From Candidatus Bathyarchaeia archaeon (GTDB taxonomy: Archaea; Thermoproteota; Bathyarchaeia; 40CM-2-53-6), in the NCBI GenBank assembly GCA_049513715.1, contig JBEKVV010000001.1, positions 672,001-736,000 of the forward strand: DNA of 64,000 nucleotides, written 5' to 3'. A model generated the notes under the pieces. That model was not told the DNA's origin. It saw only the letters and a program-made list of their open reading frames with translations, and ran no database searches. A program made the position numbers and the translations under genes. Position 1 is the first letter of the stretch; each line of letters opens with the position of its first letter. Positions 48,271 to 60,493 of this stretch are shown piece after piece.

Positions 48271-49203
48271 TTGACTTTTGACCTTGTCGGTATCGGGAAC
48301 CCAGTCTACGACACTATCATAACTCCGTGGAACAGAACTGAAGGCCGTGTTCTATCAGGATGCAGCACTAACGCCTGCTTGGCCGCTAGAAAACTCGGCA
48401 TGAACAAAGTGGGGCTTGTGGGAACCGTAGGCTCCGATTACGCGGAAAGATTCGAACAGGACATGAAGAACTACGGTATCGACGCATTCATTGACAAGTC
48501 GGGGAAAGAAACTGGTGGATTTCGCTTGGTGTATGACGAGAAAGGAAACCGGACCCTTGACGTTTTGGGCGTTGCGAGCAAGATCACAACCGAGACCTTT
48601 CCCGATGCATTCCTGAATAGTAAGTTTTTTCTGATAGGACCGATTCTCGGCGAAGTTGACGTAGAGCTGGTGGAGCTTATACATTCCTCCTCATCGGGGA
48701 GGATTTTCCTGGACCCACAAGGCTTGATCAGAATAATCGGAAACGATAGGAGAATTATTCACAAATGCAATTGGAACGAGTTTGCAAAGATCGCGAGGCT
48801 GGTTGATTTCATAAAGCCAAATGAACAGGAGAGTGAAACCATCACGGGCGAAACCGACCACGAAATAGCATTGCGGCAACTCGGAAAGCTAGGCAAGGGC
48901 CTCCCGATTGTGACACTCGCCGATCGAGGTTCAATAGTGCTTGAAGATAACAGAATTCATAGCATACCTGCGTTCGCAACACAAGCCGTGGACCCGACGG
49001 GGGCAGGCGATGTTTATGGAGGGTCCTTCATAACTGAATACCAGCGCACAGGTAGCATCATTGAGTCTGCACTTTATGCGTCCGCAGCGGCCTCGCTAAA
49101 GGTCGAGCAGGTTGGCCCGGATTTTCTCCTCGCGGAGGAGAATGTGCGAAAAAGGAAGGAAACGCTCCGTGACAAGGTCGTCACGGAACACGCCGATCTA
49201 TAG
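48271..49203 (+). CDS. PfkB-family carbohydrate kinase
   Basis: KPNEQE, DPTGAGD. Confidence 0.9.
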   Translation: MTFDLVGIGNPVYDTIITPWNRTEGRVLSGCSTNACLAARKLGMNKVGLVGTVGSDYAERFEQDMKNYGIDAFIDKSGKETGGFRLVYDEKGNRTLDVLGVASKITTETFPDAFLNSKFFLIGPILGEVDVELVELIHSSSSGRIFLDPQGLIRIIGNDRRIIHKCNWNEFAKIARLVDFIKPNEQESETITGETDHEIALRQLGKLGKGLPIVTLADRGSIVLEDNRIHSIPAFATQAVDPTGAGDVYGGSFITEYQRTGSIIESALYASAAASLKVEQVGPDFLLAEENVRKRKETLRDKVVTEHADL

Positions 49204-49318
49204 GCATCCTACCCCGTGGGTTTTGAAAGGTTTCCGGGTTTAGCGCGGAGTTCGATATTCCTTTTGAGGCGGGGTTGAGGGAGGACCTCTCGAGCTGTTC
49301 AGAGCTGTTGTATGCCAA

Positions 49319-49450
49319 ATGTGCGCCTTGCCAGGATGCGAGTTTCCGCCCCGGTTGCGTTTGCGTTGGTGTCTTCAACATGAACGGGAGCATGAGAAGG
49401 AAGGTGCGAGGCTTCGGCAACGCAGGCGACGGAATCACGTTGACAGGTAG
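49319..49450 (+). CDS. Possible 43-aa CCCH zinc-finger/Arg-rich microprotein (not in ORF track)
   Basis: MCALPGCEFPPRLRLRWCLQHEREHEKEGARLRQRRRR; may start at CTG 49295 after GGAGG. Confidence 0.4.
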   Translation: MCALPGCEFPPRLRLRWCLQHEREHEKEGARLRQRRRRNHVDR

Positions 49451-49454
49451 AGGT

Positions 49455-49521
49455 GTATACACACAACGTTTGGGTGTATACACCCGCGGATGAAAATGCA
49501 TACACCCAATCATCAGGTGTA
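49455..49521. repeat. Cluster of GGTGTATACAC palindromic repeats and half-sites
   Basis: Two GTGTATACAC palindromes followed by ATACACC and GGTGTA half-sites. Confidence 0.65.
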
Positions 49522-49644
49522 AGCAATCTTGCGAACTTCACCCTCGGGTGGCCGCCACCCTGACAAGGAAGGGACGTGATGTCACCTCACCCCGGGGTGG
49601 AGTCACCCTATCCGGGCCGCAACTATTAGAAACCTTCAGGAACC

Positions 49645-49920
49645 TTAGTAGAAGTGTCTTTCGTCTCTAGCGCGCACTTTCGTGAGCCCAAAGTGAACTG
49701 CACAAGAAACGCAATAGAACTTAACGACTCTTTCTCGAGCGATATAGGTGCCGTGTGCGCGCAGTTCTCGAGCTAGTGAAGGTTCCACCAGGCTCGTCCA
49801 TCTTGTTTCGCGCTTCGCCTTGTCTCTTGGAACAGGCCTACCACAGTGTGAACATTGAATCATTACTGCGCTGCCCTTGCCGCCTTTGCTGCGGCCTCGC
49901 GATTTCCTTTTCTTAGTCAA
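49645..49920 (-). CDS. rps26e: 30S ribosomal protein eS26
   Basis: KKRKSRGR, CSHCGRPVPRDKA, YCVSCAVH, VRAR. Confidence 0.95.
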   Translation of the reverse strand: MTKKRKSRGRSKGGKGSAVMIQCSHCGRPVPRDKAKRETRWTSLVEPSLARELRAHGTYIARERVVKFYCVSCAVHFGLTKVRARDERHFY

Positions 49921-49995
49921 GCATAGTCCACGCGTTAGAACACTTGTTGCTGCGCTTAAATGTTGTTGTGCCTCTACAACAGTATCTGGCCTTTG

Positions 49996-51450
49996 CTAGT
50001 AGGATTTTGCGAAGTACACGACCCTTGCCGCCGGTTTGCTGCAATGAATGCAACCTGCGAACGTCTTCTCATCGCCAAATGGGATTGTGCGTATTGTCGC
50101 GCTCGTTTCATCTTTGATGGTTGCTTCGCATTCAGGGCTGCCGCACCAGCAGGCACGCGCGAATCCACCGGTTGAAGCGATTTTTCCCTTGAATTCCTCG
50201 TAGCTTGCGGGCTGGCTGATTGATGAGTCTAACAGCGATTTTGCTTTCTTGAACAGATCTTGTTGGATTGTGTCCAAACATCGTTGCACTTCGGCAACAG
50301 CGGTCTCTTGTGGTACGTTAGTTTTCTGTGAGTTGTCTCTCCTTACCAAGACCACTTGCTTTTTCTCAAGGTCTCTTGGGCCGATCTCCATCCTCAGTGG
50401 AACGCCCTTTAACTCCCACTCGTTGAACTTCCATCCAGGCGTGTACTGTTCCCGGGTATCTACTTGGACAGCCAACCCCGCCTTAGTTAGTTCCTGGCCT
50501 AGAGACCGGGCCTTGTCGAAAATCGCCTCAGTGTCACGCCCTTTGAAGTAGATCGGAACAATGACCACCTGTATCGGTGCAATCAGAGGTGGGACCACTA
50601 AGCCTCTATCGTCACCATGAAGCATGATCATTGCACTGATCAGGCGCCAGGAGACACCCCAGGATGTCGTCCAAGCGTAGTGAGTTTGCTCGTCTTTCCC
50701 AAGGTATTTGATTTCGAAGGGTTTGGAGAAGTTCTGGCCTAGGTTGTGTGATGTTCCCATCTGGATGGCTTTACCATCGGGCATCATTGCCTCCAGTGTT
50801 GTGGTGTAAAGAGCCCCCACGAACTTCTCCTTGTCACTCTTGTAGCCTGTCAATACGGGGACTGCTAATCGGTCCTCTATCAGTTGTCGATAGAATTCCA
50901 GTATCATCATAACTTCTTTGTCCGCGTCCTCCTTTGTGGCATGGACAGTGTGCCCCTCCTGCCAAAGAAACTCGGACGTGCGGAGGAAAGGCCGGGTCGC
51001 TTTGATCTCAGCGCGTAGGACCGAGTTCCAGACGTTGATGAGCAGCGGCAGGTCGCGCCAGCTTCGAACCCACTTAGCGTAGGCGTCGTAAATGATTGTT
51101 TCCGAGGTCGGGCGGATGGCCAATCGCTCCGACAGTTGATTCTCCCCAGCATGAGTGACCCAGAATACTTCGGGCGTGAATCCCTTGAAGTGTTCAGCTT
51201 CCCTCTTCAGGAAACTCTCAGGAATAAGTAAGGGGAAATATGCATTTGAATGGCCTGACTCTTTCAATAGCTTATCGAAGTACTCTCTGATTCTCTCCCA
51301 CAATGCGTACCCATAGGGGCGGAGAACCATGAATCCCTTTATTGCCGCGTAGTCCGCGAGCTCCGCTTTCATGACTACTTGCGTGTACCACTCAGATAGG
51401 TCTTGAGCCTTCTTTACAGTGATACCGATTTCCTTACTCAACTGATTCAC
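49996..51450 (-). CDS. proS: Proline--tRNA ligase, archaeal/eukaryotic type
   Basis: RPTSET, FLRTSEFLWQEGH, GTSHNLGQNF, C-terminal FAKSY. Confidence 0.97.
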   Translation of the reverse strand: MNQLSKEIGITVKKAQDLSEWYTQVVMKAELADYAAIKGFMVLRPYGYALWERIREYFDKLLKESGHSNAYFPLLIPESFLKREAEHFKGFTPEVFWVTHAGENQLSERLAIRPTSETIIYDAYAKWVRSWRDLPLLINVWNSVLRAEIKATRPFLRTSEFLWQEGHTVHATKEDADKEVMMILEFYRQLIEDRLAVPVLTGYKSDKEKFVGALYTTTLEAMMPDGKAIQMGTSHNLGQNFSKPFEIKYLGKDEQTHYAWTTSWGVSWRLISAMIMLHGDDRGLVVPPLIAPIQVVIVPIYFKGRDTEAIFDKARSLGQELTKAGLAVQVDTREQYTPGWKFNEWELKGVPLRMEIGPRDLEKKQVVLVRRDNSQKTNVPQETAVAEVQRCLDTIQQDLFKKAKSLLDSSISQPASYEEFKGKIASTGGFARACWCGSPECEATIKDETSATIRTIPFGDEKTFAGCIHCSKPAARVVYFAKSY

Positions 51451-51574
51451 ACTTCCGAGAATTCGTCAGGATTAACTGTGTTCGATAATTGCGCTTAGGC
51501 TCGTGGAACTGGAACACCGGTAGCTTCCATCTGCATTGCCTCAGGTGAGTTGACAGCATCTGGCCCGAATGTAT

Positions 51575-52069
51575 TTAGTGTTTGCTGCTTTTGCCGACAT
51601 GTCCTGAGAGCTGTTCCAAAGGGGCCGTCATTACCAGGCAGTTCGCAGAGCGAACGACTCTTTCACTAACGCTACGATTGAAAAATCTTTTCCAGCCGCT
51701 ATGAATCCGACGTTTCATCAGGAACACAACCATGTAACTGTCATTTTCAGTTTCAGCGACGATACCCTCCGCCACGCTCCTGGCCACCGCGACTTTTGAC
51801 CGTACGCTCATTCCTTGACGGGTCAGCCATTCCGAGAGAGCGCCAAGCCTATTCTCCGCGTCCTTGATTTCGTTCAGATAGGGTTCCGGGTCTAGAGTAG
51901 CGGTTCGGCTAGGAACCTCGATGACGTGAAGCAAGACGATAGGGGGGCTCTTGAAGGCGGAAAGCAAGTGCAGAGCTTTGGTGATGAGTTCTTTGCTCAC
52001 CTGGTTGCCTACGGGTATTAGGATCTTCGACGAACCTGCTGAGTTGGGTTTTCCGCGTTTCGTGGTTAT
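51575..52069 (-). CDS. Universal stress protein family; start uncertain
   Basis: KILIPVG (upstream of the track start), LLHVIEVP, SVSERVVRSANCLV. Confidence 0.8.
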   Translation of the reverse strand: MTTKRGKPNSAGSSKILIPVGNQVSKELITKALHLLSAFKSPPIVLLHVIEVPSRTATLDPEPYLNEIKDAENRLGALSEWLTRQGMSVRSKVAVARSVAEGIVAETENDSYMVVFLMKRRIHSGWKRFFNRSVSERVVRSANCLVMTAPLEQLSGHVGKSSKH

Positions 52070-52335
52070 TCAGCGACCGATTTTCCATCTTTTTTCAGAG
52101 TGTGGATGATTACCATCGAGTTTGTTCCTCTGATTCCTTCGATTCGTTGAATCTTGTGTGTGAGCCGCCTGAACTCAACGATTGAATCGGTTTGGAGTAG
52201 GGCGACCAAATCGTACTCTCCCGTAACCTCGGAGAGGTCTACTACCTCGGGAAGCTTTTCGAGAGCGGCTGTTACTTTCTCCAATTGTTGCGCTTGAACG
52301 ACTACGTTGAGGATTACCATAACTCCGCGTGGCAC
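52066..52335 (-). CDS. Stand-alone Lrp/AsnC ligand-binding (RAM) domain protein
   Basis: LPEV..LSEVTGEYDL, IEGIRGT. Confidence 0.85.
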   Translation of the reverse strand: MPRGVMVILNVVVQAQQLEKVTAALEKLPEVVDLSEVTGEYDLVALLQTDSIVEFRRLTHKIQRIEGIRGTNSMVIIHTLKKDGKSVAE

Positions 52336-54261
52336 TTACTTTGACCTTCTAGCTATCATTACTTTCCCTGGATATTTAGATAGTATTGCCAACGCAGAAT
52401 CCTCTGCGCTCTTCTCGATGTGGCGTCTCATTGTCTTGCGTTTCAGCAGTAGTATCACGTCGTTCTTTTCGGCGCCCGCTTCTTCGTCAAGGGTTTTCAT
52501 GAACGGCCCTATTTCGACTCTCGGCGTAACTTGGTACCCCTCCGATCTGAGCTGCCCTGCTATTGATTGCAGGTCGTCGAGTGTCTCAGTTTGGTATTGC
52601 TTGATCTGTGAGTAATCTGACAATGTATCAGTACTCAAGGCGAGGTCCAGGGGGTCAAGGATGTTGAGTAGAGTTATGTGAAAACGCTTGTCTAGGGCTC
52701 CCCTGATTGAGGCCAGTACCTCTTCCTCGTCCTCTGGAATTCGAACTAGCACCACCGCATTCATGATATACCCGCCGGGGAGAATTCGCTTCCCTGTCTG
52801 GGTTGTCCAGATAGGCATGTGTTTCATTTTGCGGAGCGCGACAAATCCAACTACGCCTATTATGATCCATGCTGTGCCTAGGAGTCTACCGCCCTCGTGG
52901 AAAGTGAGAATCAAGCTCCAAAGGCCAGCGCACGAAATTGCCCCGACGACACTGATCAGGGGAACCGTGACTTTTTGCTTGCCGATTCTCAGATTGATCG
53001 CTCCGGGGACTTTCCATGCGCGGTAGGCGCTGGCCTCTTTGTTGCGGAGGACGATTAGACAAACGTTTACGATGATGTATGAGAGGAGCGCGCCGTAGTT
53101 GTAGAGGTCTGCAACGAAGGTGAGTTCGCCTATGAATGCGAGGGCCATCCCAATTCCCCCGAATACCAGGATTGTTCTGACAGGTGTCTTGAACCTGCGG
53201 TGGACTTTGTAGAACCATCTTGGGAGGAGGTCGAACCTTCCCATGGAGAAAACAATGCGTGACACTCCGATGACGCCTGTGTTCGTAGAAACATAGCAGA
53301 TGGCGAAGCCTGTTAGGGCGACAATAGGGGCCAGGTAAGTCCCTATTACAGGAATGTGCCCCGCTATCGCACTGATTGGGTCGTTTCGTGCGTTTGCGAG
53401 GTCGGCCCACCCCATCATTCCCATGCTGAGTGCGGAGAGCCCAATTGCAAAGATGACCACGGAGATGATGGATAATTTGTTGGCTCGTGGAATCCATTTG
53501 TCTGGGCGGCGGGTTTCCTCTGCAGCTTGCGCGATCGATTCGATTCCGATGAAAGAGGTCATCGCGAGCGTAATGCCATAAACGAAATTCTGGTCCTGCA
53601 CCCCTAAACTCGGTAGTGCATATGCAATGTTAGGGTGGAGTATGGGAGAGCCGAATGTGGTCACTTGACCGAGGAAACGGGCAAGGCTGAATGCGAGAAC
53701 GAACCCAGAGACTAGGATAATGGCTTCGACGAACAAATCGAATGAAACTAGGATTTCATTGAACATTGAAGACTCTCTGATTCCTATGATGTTCACTGCA
53801 AGCAGCAGCAGGACAAGAGCGCCGGCGATGATGCCCAAGTATGGGATAGCCAACTTGAGGCCTAACAAGTCAACGAGAACCTGTCCCCCGATGATTCTAG
53901 GAAAGAAGAAACTAAGGTATCCTGCGGACGCGAGCGAGAATAAGGCAATGTCCACCGTATAGTCCAGCATCACCGCCCAACCTGCGATAAATCCCACCAA
54001 ATCGTTGAACGCTTTCATCGCGTAGATGTGTGCGCCGCCTGCGTAAGGGTAGATTGTGGCGAGTTCAGAGTACGCGAGCCCTGTCGTAATGTAAGTAATG
54101 GAGGCGATAAGGAAGGCTAATGGCGATGCTCCGGCGGCAAAAACAGCCACGAGGCCAATTGCAACGTAAATGTCGGCGCCGACATCTGCGTAGCCCATGG
54201 CAAAGGAGCCATACCAGCCGACTTCCCGCCGCAAGGATTGTTCTTCTGTTTTTCTTGCCAA
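52336..54261 (-). CDS. APC-family amino acid permease with C-terminal USP-like domain
   Basis: LRREVG, YSELAT.YP.AGG, GIESIAQAAEET; about 12 TM helices. Confidence 0.9.
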   Translation of the reverse strand: MARKTEEQSLRREVGWYGSFAMGYADVGADIYVAIGLVAVFAAGASPLAFLIASITYITTGLAYSELATIYPYAGGAHIYAMKAFNDLVGFIAGWAVMLDYTVDIALFSLASAGYLSFFFPRIIGGQVLVDLLGLKLAIPYLGIIAGALVLLLLAVNIIGIRESSMFNEILVSFDLFVEAIILVSGFVLAFSLARFLGQVTTFGSPILHPNIAYALPSLGVQDQNFVYGITLAMTSFIGIESIAQAAEETRRPDKWIPRANKLSIISVVIFAIGLSALSMGMMGWADLANARNDPISAIAGHIPVIGTYLAPIVALTGFAICYVSTNTGVIGVSRIVFSMGRFDLLPRWFYKVHRRFKTPVRTILVFGGIGMALAFIGELTFVADLYNYGALLSYIIVNVCLIVLRNKEASAYRAWKVPGAINLRIGKQKVTVPLISVVGAISCAGLWSLILTFHEGGRLLGTAWIIIGVVGFVALRKMKHMPIWTTQTGKRILPGGYIMNAVVLVRIPEDEEEVLASIRGALDKRFHITLLNILDPLDLALSTDTLSDYSQIKQYQTETLDDLQSIAGQLRSEGYQVTPRVEIGPFMKTLDEEAGAEKNDVILLLKRKTMRRHIEKSAEDSALAILSKYPGKVMIARRSK

Positions 54262-54394
54262 ATTCTCAGGGCCGCCCTAGTGTTGTCCAAGTACAGCTCG
54301 CGCTATCGTGTTTGGGTACCCTCACATAGAGGTTGCTGCGGTTCAGGCTAAGGCCTTTATTTCTGCTCCGTAGACTCCGCAGCTCGGATCATAC

Positions 54395-55819
54395 TTGTCT
54401 GGGCTTCACGGGTTTAGGGCTGAGAAAGATTCGTTGGGGATAATGCGGGTTCCCGAGGATTCGTATTATGGGCCCGAAACGGCGAGGGCCGTCGAAAACT
54501 TTCCAATAAGCGGGATATTGCCACTTCCCGACTTCATCCGTGCTACGGTGTTGGTCAAGAAGGCCGCTGCGAAAGCGAATGCTAGCCTCGGGCTGTTGGA
54601 CAAGAGAGTTGGAGATGCCATTATGTCGGCGGCGGACGAGATTTTGCAGGGGAAGCTGATGGATCAGTTTGTTGTAGATGTTTACCAGGCGGGAGCCGGT
54701 ACATCACACAACATGAACGCCAATGAAGTCATAGCCAACAGGGCAGCGGAGATACTTGGGGGGCGAAAAGGTGACTACAAACTCGTCAGCCCGCATGACC
54801 ACGTCAATATGGCGCAATCAACTAACGACACCTATCCAACATTCATCCGCGTTTCATGCGCGTTGCTCTGTAAACCGTTGATTGAAGTTCTCAAGGGGCT
54901 TTGCAAAGCATTCGAAGATAAGGCGAAGGAATTCGACCACATTGTGAAGTCTGGTCGAACGCACCTACAAGACGCAGCCCCAATTCGTCTGGGCCAAGAA
55001 TTCGCCGCCTATGCCAATATCGTAGCGGACGACACTACAACTGTTCAGAATGCGTTGGACAAGATTCTAGAATTGAACATTGGCGGCACAGCCGTGGGAA
55101 CAGGCCTCAACGCGGACCCTCGGTATGTGGCGCTTGCAGTGAAGTACCTGAGTGAATTCACTGGCTTTGAATTTAGAGTCGCACGCAATTTTGCATCACT
55201 GATGCAGTCTATGGCAGATTTCGTCGAACTGTCAGGCGCTTTGCGAACAGTCAGCGTCGACCTGACGAAAATCTCGAACGATGTCCGGTTGATGAGCTCC
55301 GGCCCGATAACGGGAATCGGGGAGATAATCTTGCCAGCAGTCCAACCAGGCTCCTCAATAATGCCTGGAAAAGTCAACCCTTCAATCGCGGAAATGCTGA
55401 ACATGGTGTGCTTCGAGGTCATAGGCAATGATCTGACCGTCTCCATGGCTGCTCAGGCTGGGCAGTTTGAATTGGACGTTATGATGCCTGTGATCGCATA
55501 CGACTTGACACAGTCATTGATGATTTTGACAAACGGAATCAAAACATTCACAGAACGCCTCGTTAAAGGAATCAAAGCGAACGAGGAGAGGTGCACTTAC
55601 CTACTGGAAAAGAGTGCGGGGATCGCCTTAGCCCTGAACCCATTCATTGGCTATGAGAAGGCCGCGGAGGTGGCAAAAGAAGCCCTCGCGCGAAACGTGC
55701 CATTGCGCCAAGTTGTCCTTGAGAAGGGGTTACTCACAGAGAAACAATTGAAGGAGATCCTTGACCCTTACGCCATGACGACACCAGGCGTTCATGGTAA
55801 GGCAGACAAAAAGGGATAG
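54395..55819 (+). CDS. aspA: Aspartate ammonia-lyase / class II fumarase
   Basis: GAGTSHNMNANE, GRTHLQDA, GSSIMPGKVNP. Confidence 0.85.
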   Translation: MSGLHGFRAEKDSLGIMRVPEDSYYGPETARAVENFPISGILPLPDFIRATVLVKKAAAKANASLGLLDKRVGDAIMSAADEILQGKLMDQFVVDVYQAGAGTSHNMNANEVIANRAAEILGGRKGDYKLVSPHDHVNMAQSTNDTYPTFIRVSCALLCKPLIEVLKGLCKAFEDKAKEFDHIVKSGRTHLQDAAPIRLGQEFAAYANIVADDTTTVQNALDKILELNIGGTAVGTGLNADPRYVALAVKYLSEFTGFEFRVARNFASLMQSMADFVELSGALRTVSVDLTKISNDVRLMSSGPITGIGEIILPAVQPGSSIMPGKVNPSIAEMLNMVCFEVIGNDLTVSMAAQAGQFELDVMMPVIAYDLTQSLMILTNGIKTFTERLVKGIKANEERCTYLLEKSAGIALALNPFIGYEKAAEVAKEALARNVPLRQVVLEKGLLTEKQLKEILDPYAMTTPGVHGKADKKG

Positions 55820-55949
55820 TAGCAGGGGCTCTGGGTTTTCTGTGCCCAGTTTAGGAATGTTGGTTGTTTATCGTAGAGGCAGCATGTGGTTGAGGCTAAC
55901 TCCCGTGAAAAAGCGGATGTCAGCCTGCACTCCGACGCAAATTAGATGG

Positions 55950-58725
<2,776 letters not shown>

Positions 58726-58859
58726 TTCTCATACCCTCTTGCAGTTTGCCACTATTCTGTCGGCTATTAGGTTTGCGAGGCCTAAAACTTCACCTCGTTG
58801 CGTTCCAAGGGAGAGTGTCGTTTGGGTCGAGTGCGACATACAATGGATGATTTGGAGGG

Positions 58860-59273
58860 TCATTCTCCGACTATTTGCAGGTCAACTTCTCTCCGCGATC
58901 GTGGTCCGTCCAATTCGACTAGGAAAATGTTCTGCCATGTTCCGCGCACAAGCTGTCCCCTAGCGATTGGGAATGTTCGTGAGTGCCCGATGAAGGCGGA
59001 GGCGAGATGTGCATCAGCATTGTCGTCAATTGCATTATGTGCATATGCGCCGGATTGCGGAAAGAGGTCGCCGAGCTTGCTAAGAATATCCCTTACCAGT
59101 CCATTTTCGTTTTCATTGGCGATTATTGCGGCGGTTGCATGCGGGGCACTTACAAGGCATATGCCACTAGCAACGCCTGCCCGCTCAACGAAATCTATGA
59201 CCGTGTCGGTGATATCGATTAGTTGCCTTCTTTCTGAGGTTTTGATCGCTAGTGCCTTACTTACGACGACCGT
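58860..59273 (-). CDS. yjbQ: YjbQ/UPF0047 protein (secondary thiamine-phosphate synthase family), missing from the ORF track; ACG start
   Basis: Translation gives IDIT, HATAAIIANENE, YAHN..DDNADAHL, GTWQNIFLVELDGPR. Confidence 0.9.
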   Translation of the reverse strand, partial: TVVVSKALAIKTSERRQLIDITDTVIDFVERAGVASGICLVSAPHATAAIIANENENGLVRDILSKLGDLFPQSGAYAHNAIDDNADAHLASAFIGHSRTFPIARGQLVRGTWQNIFLVELDGPRSRREVDLQIVGE

Positions 59274-59351
59274 GGTGCCGCACCTACGGCTTACACTAGT
59301 GCCACAACGAGGAGAAAAAGAGATTGAAAGAGGGGGGAAGTCGTGCCAGGT

Positions 59352-59957
59352 TTACATTCTGGCTTCGTGGGCTGGTATGGGTGGTAGCTCGGGGAAGCGT
59401 TCCTTCATCTTCTGCTCTGCAACTATGTTTGCCTCTGAGAGTATCTTTTGTGATTCTTCACTGGAGGAGTCCACTGCGAACCCTGTTTCGGTGGTTTCTC
59501 CCACTTCAACTGCCAGCCCCTCTAATGTCTCGTTGACTTCGGACAGTTCTAGCGACACCTCTGGCATGACGCCCTCGAGTTGCGATTTCAGAGTCTTTAC
59601 TACGTTCGCTACCGGAAGCATTGTGTTGGCTATGTCGCCGAACTCGCGAATCGTGTCCAGCCTTAGGGTCACTTGTTCGAGTGCTAATTCGCTGTGGAGG
59701 ACGACTTTGGCCATTTTCCTGAGTTCAGCGCATTCGTTGGCGTACATGGATGCTAGTTGCGTGTTTTTTCCCTGCACTGCGAGGACGCACTTCCCATATA
59801 GCGCTTGGTCGCGTTGTTGCATATGGTAAGATGTGCGTTCCAGTTTGCGCTCTTGAACTTTCAGTTTGAAGAGGCATTCGTTGACTCGCTGTCTGATTGG
59901 CGTGGGGTGTACTGCTTCTTTGATTCGGCTTGTCCAAGGCTTTCTTTCTTTAAACAT
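59352..59957 (-). CDS. ESCRT-III / CdvB paralogue (Snf7 family)
   Basis: ASMYANECAELRK, LALEQVTLRLDT, AEQKMKERFPELP. Confidence 0.9.
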   Translation of the reverse strand: MFKERKPWTSRIKEAVHPTPIRQRVNECLFKLKVQERKLERTSYHMQQRDQALYGKCVLAVQGKNTQLASMYANECAELRKMAKVVLHSELALEQVTLRLDTIREFGDIANTMLPVANVVKTLKSQLEGVMPEVSLELSEVNETLEGLAVEVGETTETGFAVDSSSEESQKILSEANIVAEQKMKERFPELPPIPAHEARM

Positions 59958-59971
59958 TCATTCTATCCCCC

Positions 59972-60481
59972 CTATGCAAGCATTACATCCTTCCGGTCCT
60001 GGCTGTGTGTGTTTTCGTGTTCACTGGCGAGAATTTTCAAGAAGTTGCCAAGACGGCCTTCCTCTAGGGTGCGGATTATGGAGCCAGTGTACTCGATTCT
60101 GATGTTTAGCGATCGGAGTTTCGTCATCAGTTTTTCGATCTCTGATTTGTTCTTTCCCACGAGGAAGACTAGGCTTTCGGGTTCGCCGAGTGAGCTTACG
60201 ACCTTAACCGTCTGAGGGATGGCAGCGATCTTCTCGATTATGTCATCCCTTTCAACGTCGCGCGGGAAGCTTGCGCCGACCAGTATTTGCTCAGCGACCC
60301 CCAGCTTCTCTAAGTCGATGTCTGCAGTGTATTCCTTGATTATGCCTGCTTTCTCGAGTTTGTTCACCCGGTAGGCGACTACGTTGGGGTGAAGGCTCAG
60401 TTTTCTGCCAATTTCAGCGAAGGAATATTTGGCATTCTCTACAAGTTCCGCCAGGATTTTGAAATCTGTTGAATCAATCAT
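59972..60481 (-). CDS. Lrp/AsnC transcriptional regulator
   Basis: IDSTDFKILAEL..AKYSFAEIGRKL..VAYRVNKLEKAGII. Confidence 0.9.
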   Translation of the reverse strand: MIDSTDFKILAELVENAKYSFAEIGRKLSLHPNVVAYRVNKLEKAGIIKEYTADIDLEKLGVAEQILVGASFPRDVERDDIIEKIAAIPQTVKVVSSLGEPESLVFLVGKNKSEIEKLMTKLRSLNIRIEYTGSIIRTLEEGRLGNFLKILASEHENTHSQDRKDVMLA

Positions 60482-60493
60482 CTTGACTTCATC

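Noticed and set aside
49455..49521. CRISPR mini-array
   Set aside because: Repeats are about 11 nt with about 11-nt spacing, and no cas genes are present
49205..49640. RNase P RNA, SRP RNA or tRNA in this gap
   Set aside because: No recognisable P4, helix-8 or T-loop signatures on either strand
58798..59829. 343-aa plus-strand ORF
   Set aside because: Antisense shadow of yjbQ and the ESCRT-III paralogue, with no motifs of its own
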